From contig CAVVLJ010000017.1 of the NCBI GenBank assembly GCA_963749075.1, forward strand, positions 928,001 to 992,000: DNA of 64,000 nucleotides, read 5' to 3'. Both the position numbers and the translations under genes were made by a program. The stretch is from an uncultured Pseudomonadota bacterium. Lineage in GTDB: Bacteria; Pseudomonadota; Alphaproteobacteria; JACZXZ01. Below the pieces are notes generated by a model. That model was not told the DNA's origin. It did no database searches and saw only the letters and a program-made list of their open reading frames with translations. Shown piece after piece: positions 39,423-47,844 of the stretch (position 1 is the first letter of the stretch; each line of letters opens with the position of its first letter).

Positions 39423-40703
39423 ATGTTCCGCAGGTTGAAGTGCGCCTTGAGCGCGCGCCTCGTCGCGGCCGTGCTGGCCGCGGCGGCATCTTTCGCCGCC
39501 GTCGCACCTGGAGCGGCACTTGCGGCCGAGCCGATCAAGATCGGCCTCGGCATGGCGCTCACCGGCCCGCTTGCCGCGAACGGCAAGGCCGCCATTCTCG
39601 CCATGGAAATTTGGGCCGAGGACGTGAACGCCAAGGGCGGCCTCCTCGGCCGGCCGGTCAAGCTCATCTATTACGACGACCAGAGCAATCCCTCCACGGT
39701 GCCGGGCATCTACACCAAGCTCATGGACGTGGACAAGGTCGACCTCGTGGTGAGCGGTTATGCCACGAACATGATCGCACCGGCCATGCCGGCGGTGATG
39801 CAGCACAACATGGTCTTCATGGGGCTCCTCGGCCTGGCGGTCAACAGCGAGTTCAAATATCCCAACTACTTCTCCATGACCGCGACCGGCGGGCTCGATC
39901 CCAAAGGGAGCATCACCACCGGCTTCTTCGATCTCGCGATGGCGCAGAGCCCCAAGCCGAAGACGGTCGCCATCGTGGCCGCCGACGCCGAGTTCGCGCG
40001 CAACGCCTCGGACGGCGCCCGCGCCAACGCCAAGGCCGCCAAGCTCGACATCGTCTACGACAAGAGCTACCCGCCGACCACCACCGACTTCAGCCCGATC
40101 GTGCGCGCCATCCAGGCGACCAACCCGGACCTCGTGCTGGTCGCCTCCTATCCGCTCGATTCGGTGGGCATGGTGCGCGCCGTGAACGAGATCGGCCTCA
40201 AGACCAGGATGTTCGGCGGCGCCATGGTCGGCCTGCAGACCACCTCGACCAAGACCCAGCTCGGGCCCCTCCTGAACGGCATCGTCGATTACGACTTCTG
40301 GCTGCCGGTCAAGGCCATGCAGTTCCCCGGCGTGCTCGACTTCCTCAAGAAGTACCAGGCCAAGTCGGCAAGTGCCGGCGTCGATCTTCTCGGCTACTAC
40401 CTGCCGCCCTGGGCCTATGCCGATCTCCAGGTGCTGGGCGAGGCCGTCGAGGGGACCAAGAGCCTCGACCAGGCGAAGCTCGGCGCCTACATCCGCGAGC
40501 ACACCTTCAAGACCATCCTCGGCGACATGAAGTTCGGTCCCAACGGCGAGCTCTCGGAGCCGCGCATCATCGACATCCAGTATCAGCACATCAAGGGCAA
40601 CGGCATCGACCAGTTCAAGGAGATGTCGACCCAGGTGGTGCTGTGGCCGCCGCAGTATAAATCGGGGGACATCATCTACCCTTACACGGACGCGAAGAAC
40701 TGA
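39423..40703 (+). CDS. Liv-type ABC substrate-binding protein (aromatic-acid-binding subgroup likely)
   Basis: Signal peptide; PIKIG, NAKGGLLGRPVKLIYYDDQS, YPPTTTDF. Confidence 0.88.
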   Translation: MFRRLKCALSARLVAAVLAAAASFAAVAPGAALAAEPIKIGLGMALTGPLAANGKAAILAMEIWAEDVNAKGGLLGRPVKLIYYDDQSNPSTVPGIYTKLMDVDKVDLVVSGYATNMIAPAMPAVMQHNMVFMGLLGLAVNSEFKYPNYFSMTATGGLDPKGSITTGFFDLAMAQSPKPKTVAIVAADAEFARNASDGARANAKAAKLDIVYDKSYPPTTTDFSPIVRAIQATNPDLVLVASYPLDSVGMVRAVNEIGLKTRMFGGAMVGLQTTSTKTQLGPLLNGIVDYDFWLPVKAMQFPGVLDFLKKYQAKSASAGVDLLGYYLPPWAYADLQVLGEAVEGTKSLDQAKLGAYIREHTFKTILGDMKFGPNGELSEPRIIDIQYQHIKGNGIDQFKEMSTQVVLWPPQYKSGDIIYPYTDAKN

Positions 40704-40716
40704 GCGTCGGAGCCGT

Positions 40717-40801
40717 CCCTCACCCTTCCCATCCCTTCGGGATGGGCCCCTTCCCTCTCCCGCTTGCGGGAGAGGGTGGCCGCGGAGCGGCCGGGCGAGG
40801 G
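40717..40801. repeat. Second REP-like family (CCCTCTCCC-loop-GGGAGAGGG hairpins), between convergent genes
   Basis: Shares a 29-bp segment (reverse complement of AAGGGGCCCATCCCGAAGGGATGGGAAGG) with the copy at 57792. Confidence 0.8.
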
Positions 40802-40817
40802 ACCGCTCCGCGCCGAT

Positions 40818-41144
40818 CTAGGCGCTTGCCCGAGCGTGCTGCTTCACTTTGCGTACCGCGGCGAGTTGACCCCGTAGCATGTCGAGGGTGTCCCGTTCGG
40901 TCTGGCTCAATCCGTCGAGCTTGACGTGCTTGAGAAGCACGTCGAGCGCATCGCCGATGCGACCGAGCTGCCGGCCATAGCTTCCCACCTCGTCGAGGAC
41001 CGCCTGCTCGACCTCGGGATGCGGCGTCTGGCCCAAGTCGATGTTGATGAACCCGAATTGCGCGCCCTGCTGATAGAAGGTCCAGGGATTGATCGCCTGC
41101 CAGAGCTTTTGCGGGGCCAACGACAGCTGGAATGACTTCGCCAT
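40818..41144 (-). CDS. Hypothetical protein (108 aa)
   Basis: GAGGAGG RBS; LWQAINPW...INIDLG...VGSYGRQLGRIGDAL; protein-like composition. Confidence 0.7.
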   Translation of the reverse strand: MAKSFQLSLAPQKLWQAINPWTFYQQGAQFGFINIDLGQTPHPEVEQAVLDEVGSYGRQLGRIGDALDVLLKHVKLDGLSQTERDTLDMLRGQLAAVRKVKQHARASA

Positions 41145-41194
41145 GGTCGCCTCCTCATGGAAGTAAGCGCTCGGCCCTCTGCCGCGATCCCCGC

Positions 41195-42121
41195 TCAGCC
41201 CTCCTCGGCCCGATGCGGGATCTGGCGCACCGTGTTCTTGAGCACGCCGATGCCCTCGACCTCGGCCTCGACCACGTCGCCGTCCTTGAGGAAGCACGGC
41301 GGGTTCATGGCGAAGCCGACGCCGCTCGGCGTGCCCGTGGCGATCACGTCGCCGGCGTCGAGCGTGAGCCCCTCCGAGAGCGAGGCGATGATCGTCTTCA
41401 AATCGAAGATCATGTATTTGGTGTTCGAGCTCTGGCGCTCCTCGCCGTTGACGCGCAGCTTGAGGTCGAGGTTCTGCGCATCGGCGATGGCGCTCGCATG
41501 CACGATCCAGGGGCCCATCGGGCAGGAGCCGTCGAGGGACTTCCCCTTGAACCATTGCTCGTGGCGGCGCTGCAGGTCGCGGCCCGTCACGTCGTTGATG
41601 ATGGTGTAGCCGAAGATGTGCGAGAGCGCCTTCTCCTTCGGGATGTTGCGCCCGCGCTTGCCGATGACGACGCCGAGCTCGACCTCGTAATCGAGCTTCT
41701 GCGTCACCTCGGCGTCGAGCGGGATGTCGTCGCCGGGGCCGATGATCGCGGTGAGCGGCTTGGTGAAGAACTGCGCGAACTCGGGCAGCTTCATCTCGCT
41801 GCCGCGCGCGCGGTAGCCCTCGGCCACGTGCTCGACGTAGTTGCGCCCGACGCAGAAGATGTTCTTGCGCGGCTCCGGGATGGGGGCGATGAGCCGCACC
41901 TCCTTGAGATCGAGGGCCGCATTCGCGCCGCCGCCCGCACTCCCCCGCTTCGCCGCCTCGCGGAGCGCCGCCTCGCCCGCGGCCCCCGCGCGCACGATGT
42001 CGAGGGCACTTCTGAGCGGTCCCTTGCCCGGCAGGCTCTCCGAGAGGTCGAGCACGCGCCCGCCGTCGAGGAGCAGACCGGGTGCCGTGCGATTGTGCTG
42101 GCGAAAGGTCACGAGCCGCAT
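41195..42121 (-). CDS. Fumarylacetoacetate hydrolase family protein
   Basis: CVGRNYVEH, DYEVEL, NDVTGRDLQ, WFKGKS, TGTPSGVG. Confidence 0.92.
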   Translation of the reverse strand: MRLVTFRQHNRTAPGLLLDGGRVLDLSESLPGKGPLRSALDIVRAGAAGEAALREAAKRGSAGGGANAALDLKEVRLIAPIPEPRKNIFCVGRNYVEHVAEGYRARGSEMKLPEFAQFFTKPLTAIIGPGDDIPLDAEVTQKLDYEVELGVVIGKRGRNIPKEKALSHIFGYTIINDVTGRDLQRRHEQWFKGKSLDGSCPMGPWIVHASAIADAQNLDLKLRVNGEERQSSNTKYMIFDLKTIIASLSEGLTLDAGDVIATGTPSGVGFAMNPPCFLKDGDVVEAEVEGIGVLKNTVRQIPHRAEEG

Positions 42122-42275
42122 GGGGGAGCCTTTCCGTTGGAAAGCGACGCCGCCATCAAAATGGAGAACCCTCTCGGCCGCAACAGCAAAAAGTGCCGAA
42201 CATCCCCGCTTGCGACAGAGCACGGCTCGCCTAGAATGCGGTTCCGCGCGACGCGCACGGCAAAGGGAGCCGCCG

Positions 42276-43283
42276 ATGGACTATCGCACCCTCGGCAAGA
42301 GCGGCATCAAGGTCTCGCCGCTCTGCCTCGGCACCATGATGTTCGGCGGCCCGACCGACGAGCAGACGAGCCTGCGCCTCGTCGCCAAGGCCGAGGCGGC
42401 CGGCGTCAATTTCATCGACACGGCCAACCAGTACAACGCCGGCAAGTCGGAGGAGATCGTCGGCCGCGCCGTCAAGGCGCGGCGCCACGACTGGGTGCTC
42501 GCGACCAAGCTCTGCAATGCCATGGGACCCGGGCCCAACCAGCGCGGTCTCTCGCGCGGCTGGATGCAGCAGGCGGTCGAGGGCAGCTTGAAGCGTCTCG
42601 GCACCGATTACATCAACGTCTATTACTTCCATCGCGAGGACCCGGACACGCCGCTCGCCGCCTCGGTCGCGACGGTGGGCGATCTCATCCGCGCCGGCAA
42701 GGTGCGCTATTTCGGCCTCTCCAACTTCCGCGCCTGGCGCATCGCCGAGATCGCGCGCCTCTCGGACCAGCTTGGCATCGACCGCCCGATCGTGAGCCAG
42801 CCCTATTACAACGCGCTGAACCGCGGGCCCGAGGTCGAGCAGCTCCCGGTCTCAGCCTATTACGGGCTCGGGGTGGTGCCCTATAGCCCGCTCGCCCGCG
42901 GCGTGCTCACCGGCAAGTACCTGCCCAACGCCCCGTTAGCACCGGATACGCGTGCCGGACGGAAGGACAAGCGCATGATGGAAAGCGAGTGGCGCCCCGA
43001 ATCCCTCGAGATCGCCCAGAAGGTGAAGGCCCATGCCGAGGCGCGCGGCATGACGGCCGGCCAGTTCGCCTTCAACTGGGTGCTCAACAACGCGCTCGTC
43101 AGCGCGGCCATTGCCGGCCCGCGCACCGAGGCGCAGCTCGACGACTATCTGGGGGCGTTCCGGCACCCTTTCACCGCCGAGGACGAGGCGCTCATCGACG
43201 GGCTCGTCGCCGCCGGCCATCCCTCGACACCCGGCTACAACGATCCGAGCTATCCCATCGAAGGGCGCGTATCGCGATGCTGA
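42276..43283 (+). CDS. Aldo/keto reductase
   Basis: LCLGTMMFG, FIDTANQY, LATK, SLKRLGTDYI, YSPLARG. Confidence 0.92.
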   Translation: MDYRTLGKSGIKVSPLCLGTMMFGGPTDEQTSLRLVAKAEAAGVNFIDTANQYNAGKSEEIVGRAVKARRHDWVLATKLCNAMGPGPNQRGLSRGWMQQAVEGSLKRLGTDYINVYYFHREDPDTPLAASVATVGDLIRAGKVRYFGLSNFRAWRIAEIARLSDQLGIDRPIVSQPYYNALNRGPEVEQLPVSAYYGLGVVPYSPLARGVLTGKYLPNAPLAPDTRAGRKDKRMMESEWRPESLEIAQKVKAHAEARGMTAGQFAFNWVLNNALVSAAIAGPRTEAQLDDYLGAFRHPFTAEDEALIDGLVAAGHPSTPGYNDPSYPIEGRVSRC

Positions 43284-44686
43284 AGAGCACCTCGCTACTG
43301 TCCCGAGCCGGCCTGACCTTGGCGCTCGCCGCCCTGCCGGCGCTTCACGCCCGTGCCGGCGATCAGAGCGGCCTCATCGTCAATACGGCGGTCGCCGGGC
43401 CAACCCTCACCTTCGACTGGCCGGCGCTCGAGATCGGCATCGGCTCTTACGAGGAGGGGCCAACGGGCGTCACCATCTTCCGCTTCCCCAAGGGGGCGAG
43501 TGCCGCGGTCGACGTGCGCGGCGGAGCGCCGGGGACGCTCAACACCGACCTCCTGCGCCTCGGCTACGGAGCTCCCTTCGTCTCTGCCGTCGTGCTCACG
43601 GGCGGCTCCGCCTATGGCGAGGAGACGATTACCGCGGTCGAGACCGGCCTCAAGGACGACGGCGCCGCCTCGGGCGATTGGGACCACATCGCCCTCGTGC
43701 CCGGTGCGGTGATCTACGACTTCGGCTCCCGGCGCCTCAACGCGATCTATCCCGACAAGCGGTTAGCGCAAGCGGCCCTCCACGCGCTGAGGCCGGGCGT
43801 CTTCCCGCTCGGCGCCCAGGGTGCCGGCCGCATGGCGATGCAGGGCGGCTATTTCGGTTGCCTCGCCCATTCCGGCCAAGGCGGCGCCTTCCGCCAGGTG
43901 GGAGCCACCAAGATCGCCACCTTCGTGGTGGTCAATGCGCTCGGCGCCATCACCGGCCGCGACGGCCGCCTCGCGAGCTGCAACCGCGGCAAGTCGTGGG
44001 GCAACCTCGCCAAAACGTCCGAGCTCCTGCGTCACCTGCCGGAGAGCCTCAAGCCCGCATGGGACGCCTCGGCCGCCGAGAAGGCGCTCGGCGCCCCGTC
44101 CCAGGCCAACACCACGATCAGCCTGGTGGTGACCAACCGCAAGCTCGCGCCCTGGGCGCTCCAGCGCCTCGCGGTCCAGGTGCAGAGCTCGATGGCGCGG
44201 GCGATCCAGCCCTTCTCGACCCAATTCGACGGCGACACCCTCTTTGCCGTCTCGACCGGCGAGGTCGAGGACAAGGAGCTCTCGCCCATCAATCTCGGCG
44301 CCATCGCGGGCGAGCTCATGTGGGACGCCATCCTCGCGAGCGTGCCGCAGGAAAAGCCCTTCGTGGCGCCCGCGGCACCGGCCGCGGTCGGCGCCGATCA
44401 GCTCGCCGCCTATGCGGGGAAATACGCCTTCGGCGATGCCGCCCTCCTCGAGGTCCGCGTCGAGGACGGCAAGCTCACGGTGCGCTCGGCCGGCGAGGCT
44501 GCCGTCTTCGAGTTCGGCAACGCCGCCCCCACCGCCGTCTCAGCACTCTCGCCGAGCGAGTTCTACGTGGACGGCCGCTACCACACCCGCATCGCCTTCA
44601 CCAGGGATGCCTCCGGCCGCGTCACCGGCGCCGTCCTCAATCCCGGCCGCTGGGAGCAGAAGGGACGGCGCGTGGCAGACGAGTGA
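43277..44686 (+). CDS. nylC: Secreted NylC-like (6-aminohexanoate-oligomer endohydrolase, S58/DmpA Ntn hydrolase) with C-terminal DUF3471-like domain
   Basis: Signal peptide; YEEGPTG, VDVRGG, AVIYDF, YPDK, GQGGAFR, ANTTIS, IQPF..DGDTLFAV, LGAIAGELMWDA match NylC as recalled. Confidence 0.8.
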   Translation: MLKSTSLLSRAGLTLALAALPALHARAGDQSGLIVNTAVAGPTLTFDWPALEIGIGSYEEGPTGVTIFRFPKGASAAVDVRGGAPGTLNTDLLRLGYGAPFVSAVVLTGGSAYGEETITAVETGLKDDGAASGDWDHIALVPGAVIYDFGSRRLNAIYPDKRLAQAALHALRPGVFPLGAQGAGRMAMQGGYFGCLAHSGQGGAFRQVGATKIATFVVVNALGAITGRDGRLASCNRGKSWGNLAKTSELLRHLPESLKPAWDASAAEKALGAPSQANTTISLVVTNRKLAPWALQRLAVQVQSSMARAIQPFSTQFDGDTLFAVSTGEVEDKELSPINLGAIAGELMWDAILASVPQEKPFVAPAAPAAVGADQLAAYAGKYAFGDAALLEVRVEDGKLTVRSAGEAAVFEFGNAAPTAVSALSPSEFYVDGRYHTRIAFTRDASGRVTGAVLNPGRWEQKGRRVADE

Positions 44687-44808
44687 CGCGCGCGGTCATG
44701 GCCATCGAGTGGCGTCTCCCGCGCCACGCAAGAGCGCTCCCGCGATGATTATGGGTGCCGACCTGTCCCAGCCGTGGCGCAGCCAGACGCATTCGCACTC
44801 GCTTCCGA

Positions 44809-45366
44809 TCATGCCTGCTTGCCGCCCGGCTCCGGCTGCGAATTGTAGATTCGCTCGTAGATGCGATCGATTGAGCTCTTGCGCACGGTTTCCCGGATAA
44901 GTGCGGCGTCGGCCTCCGAGATCAGCGGCATGCCCGTCCCCTTGCGGAACAAGCCCGGTCGCTTCGCGGCTAGCAACAGAAGCCGAATCATCGAGGAGCT
45001 GGGCCCGACCTCGCCGGATTCGTATTTCTCGAACGCCTTGGCGCCCCCACCGAACACGCGGGCCGCATCCTGCTGCGACAGGCCGCACACCTCGCGGATC
45101 GCTCTGATCTGGAGCGGCGTCAGGGCCGTACGTTTCGCTTTGGCTCTGGCCTCGCGCCGGGCGGCGGCGCGAATCACGTTGTCCTCATCGGTCAGTTGAC
45201 CCTCGGTATCCTTCGGATCATCGAGTGACGCCCACCATCCCGGCTGCCCGTAGGTGAAGGGCTGGCCGTCCACGGTGATCGTGAGCATCTTCACCCCTCG
45301 CGTGAGCGCCCGGCCGCTTTCCGCGCTTGCAATGACGTTTGGATAATCCCGTGGGTTATTGGTCAT
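44809..45366 (-). CDS. mqsA: MqsA-family antitoxin (Zn-ribbon cysteines absent, C-terminal extension)
   Basis: LTPLQIRAIRE..LSQQDAARVFGGGAKAFEKYESGE; ATGA overlap with toxin. Confidence 0.85.
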   Translation of the reverse strand: MTNNPRDYPNVIASAESGRALTRGVKMLTITVDGQPFTYGQPGWWASLDDPKDTEGQLTDEDNVIRAAARREARAKAKRTALTPLQIRAIREVCGLSQQDAARVFGGGAKAFEKYESGEVGPSSSMIRLLLLAAKRPGLFRKGTGMPLISEADAALIRETVRKSSIDRIYERIYNSQPEPGGKQA

Positions 45367-45677
45367 GGCTCGTTCTCCTTGAAGCTGATGAGCAACAGCT
45401 CCCCTCGCGCGTCCAGCGTGAACTTCACATAGAGCTCGCGACCTTCAACGACCGGCTTATAGACATCCTGCCAAATCGCAGGATTAGCATCGGATGGCAT
45501 TGATTTATCGAAATCACGCGCCGTAAGACCGGCAATCACGTCGGTCACTTCCAGCTCGTCCAGCCCAAGCTCTTCCGCTCCGTCCGCTGCCGTCATCGTC
45601 CGGTTCATCCGGGCCACATCAGCGAAGGCAGCCTTGACTATCTTTAGCTGGTAACGCGGTTTCCGCCGCCTCCTCAT
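45363..45677 (-). CDS. mqsR: MqsR-family mRNA interferase toxin
   Basis: KPRYQL, DFDKSM, WQDVY, LYVKF, ISFKE. Confidence 0.88.
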   Translation of the reverse strand: MRRRRKPRYQLKIVKAAFADVARMNRTMTAADGAEELGLDELEVTDVIAGLTARDFDKSMPSDANPAIWQDVYKPVVEGRELYVKFTLDARGELLLISFKENEP

Positions 45678-45892
45678 ACCCCCATATTGGGGGTAGATGA
45701 GAGATTGTCAAGGGACCTTGGCACCGCCCATTGGCCCGTCCAGCCCGTGGCGCGACGAGGTCGGGGACGTCCGCATCAGGCTCTTTGGCGACGAGCATAG
45801 CCGAGGTGAAACGGGGGGCGCCGTCGCGCTCCGAATAAGTGAGAAACGCGAGCGCGCTCAGCTTGCACTCGACGAGGCTGGCGCGGCGCCCC

Positions 45893-46189
45893 CTATGCCC
45901 CGCGCAGGAGCGCTTCGGCGATCGTCTCCCACTCCTCGGCGAGCGGCTCCTTGGCCGCCGCGCGGCCGGCGCGGCTATACCAGTAGCCGGCGTTCGATTG
46001 GTCGCCCTCCTTGCGGTGGAGATAGGCGTGCACCCAGCAGCCGTCCTTCTCCTCCTCCACCTGCTGCGCGCATTTGTGCGCCTTGTCCCAGTCGCCCTTG
46101 GCGTCCCACCACAGCGCCTGCACCTCGAGGCTCAGCTCCTTGGGAGGCTCTTCGAGCGCGACCGACTTCTTGAAGCTCGCCAGGTCCAT
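45893..46189 (-). CDS. Hypothetical protein (98 aa), conserved-looking
   Basis: ALWWDAKGDWDKAH...WVHAYLHRKEGD.SNAGYWY. Confidence 0.8.
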   Translation of the reverse strand: MDLASFKKSVALEEPPKELSLEVQALWWDAKGDWDKAHKCAQQVEEEKDGCWVHAYLHRKEGDQSNAGYWYSRAGRAAAKEPLAEEWETIAEALLRGA

Positions 46190-46261
46190 GTTTACGACCC
46201 TCGCAACCATCGCTGTCACCGAATTTAGCCCGAATGAGCGGCTCGCGAAACCGCCCGCACC

Positions 46262-47167
46262 TTAACCGTGCCCAGCGAGCCTCTTGAGCTCTTGGCCGAG
46301 CAGGAGGAACTCCTCGCGCCGCGCGGTGTGGCGGCGCCAGGCGAGGCCGACCTCGCGTGCCGGCGCCTTGCCCTCGAGCGGGATGATGCGGAGCGAGGTG
46401 CCCTTGGCGATCCCTGCGTCGATGGCAAGCTGGGGGAGGAGCGTCACCCCGAGGCCGTTCGCCACCATCTGCACGATGGTGTGGAGGCTGGTCGCCTCGA
46501 AGGGATCGACCTGCGGGCGCGTGCGCGGGCGGCAGGCATTGAGCGCGTGCTGACGCAGGCAGTGGCCGTCCTCGAGCAGCAGCAGGTTCTCCTTGGCCAC
46601 TTCGGCCGCCGTGACGCTCCGGCGGCCGGCCAGCGGATGGTCGGCGGGGCAGCAGAAGCTGAAGGGGTCCTCGAAGAGCGTCTCGCACTCGATGTTGCCT
46701 ACCTCGTAGGGAAGGGCCAGCAGCACCACGTCGAGCTCCCCCGCCTGCAGCCGCTCGACGAGGCGCTCGGTCACGTCCTCCCTCAGATAGAGGCGCAAGC
46801 GGCGATGGCTGCGCCGCAGCCGGCCGAGCACGCGGGGCAGGAGGAAGGGGCCGATGGTCGGGATGACGCCCATGCGCAGCGTGCCCGCGAGCGGCTCGCC
46901 CGCCGCCTGCGCCGCGCGCGTGAGCTCCTCCGCACCCTCGAGGATGTCGCGCGCGCGGCGCACCGTCTCCTCGCCGAGCGGCGTGAGCAACACCGAGCGC
47001 TTGCTGCGCTCGACGAGGACCGCCTGCAGCGTCTCCTCGAGCTCCTTGATGCTGGCCGAGAGCGTCGACTGGGTGACGTGGCAGGCGGCGGCGGCCTTGC
47101 CGAAATGGCGGTGCTCGGCAAGTGCCGCGAGATGGCGCAGCTGGCGGAGCGTGGGAAGCGGGGTCAT
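46262..47167 (-). CDS. oxyR: Hydrogen peroxide-inducible LysR regulator OxyR-like
   Basis: LysR HTH; IPTIGPFLLP, LLLLEDGHCLRQHALNAC (both redox Cys), ATSLHTIVQMV. Confidence 0.85.
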   Translation of the reverse strand: MTPLPTLRQLRHLAALAEHRHFGKAAAACHVTQSTLSASIKELEETLQAVLVERSKRSVLLTPLGEETVRRARDILEGAEELTRAAQAAGEPLAGTLRMGVIPTIGPFLLPRVLGRLRRSHRRLRLYLREDVTERLVERLQAGELDVVLLALPYEVGNIECETLFEDPFSFCCPADHPLAGRRSVTAAEVAKENLLLLEDGHCLRQHALNACRPRTRPQVDPFEATSLHTIVQMVANGLGVTLLPQLAIDAGIAKGTSLRIIPLEGKAPAREVGLAWRRHTARREEFLLLGQELKRLAGHG

Positions 47168-47844
47168 CACTCCCTCTCTCCCTTCAGGGGGAGAGGGTCG
47201 GGGTGAGGGGGCGAGCCTTCGCCGGCCCGCCCCAAGAGCATCGCCGCCTCGGCGAGGTCCTCGGGACGGTTGGCATTGAAGAAGGGATCGACGGGTGTCG
47301 CCGCGAAATCGACCTCGACGAGCCTGTAGCGCGCGGTCCACAGGTCGACCTTGCGCAGGCCCTCCTCGACGAGCGCCTTGGCGAGCGCGCCGTGAAGCGC
47401 CACCGGCCAGAGGGCGAAGACGGGATGGCTCTGCCCGCCGCTTCTGGCAGAGGCAATGTCGGCGCCCTCCGCCGCGACCGCGGCCAGGAGCCGGGCCACG
47501 AGGTCGCGCGGCAGGAACGGCGCGTCGCAGGCGAAGCTCGCGAGGAAGGAGGCCTGCGGCAGCGCCTCGCGCGCCCAGGCCATGCCGGCAAGGATGCCGG
47601 CAAGGGGACCCGCGAAGCCCGCGATGCCGTCTGCGCGCACGGGCAAGCCAAAGCCGGCGAAGCGCGCCGGATCGCCGTTGGCATTGAGCATGAGTGCCGC
47701 CACCTGCGGCCGCGCGCGCTCGATGACGCGGGCGAGGATGGTCTTGCCGGCGAGCGGCCTCAAGCACTTGTCGCCGCCGCCCATGCGGCGCGAGAGGCCG
47801 CCCGCGAGCAGCACGCCCGCGACCTCAGCCACCACGGCGCTCAC
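47167..47844 (-). CDS. mobA: Molybdenum cofactor guanylyltransferase
   Basis: LAGGLSRRMGGGDK, GPLAGI, CDAPF, HPVFALW, FFNAN. Confidence 0.92.
   Translation of the reverse strand: MSAVVAEVAGVLLAGGLSRRMGGGDKCLRPLAGKTILARVIERARPQVAALMLNANGDPARFAGFGLPVRADGIAGFAGPLAGILAGMAWAREALPQASFLASFACDAPFLPRDLVARLLAAVAAEGADIASARSGGQSHPVFALWPVALHGALAKALVEEGLRKVDLWTARYRLVEVDFAATPVDPFFNANRPEDLAEAAMLLGRAGEGSPPHPDPLPLKGERE
47170..47211. repeat. Copy of the second REP-like family inside the mobA 3' end
   Basis: CCCTCTCTCCCTTCAGGGGGAGAGGGTCGGGGTGAGGGG. Confidence 0.75.

Noticed and set aside
44690-44808. SecB-like chaperone completing a TAC module after mqsA
   Set aside because: Only about 120 bp before the convergent nylC-like gene; no room for such an ORF
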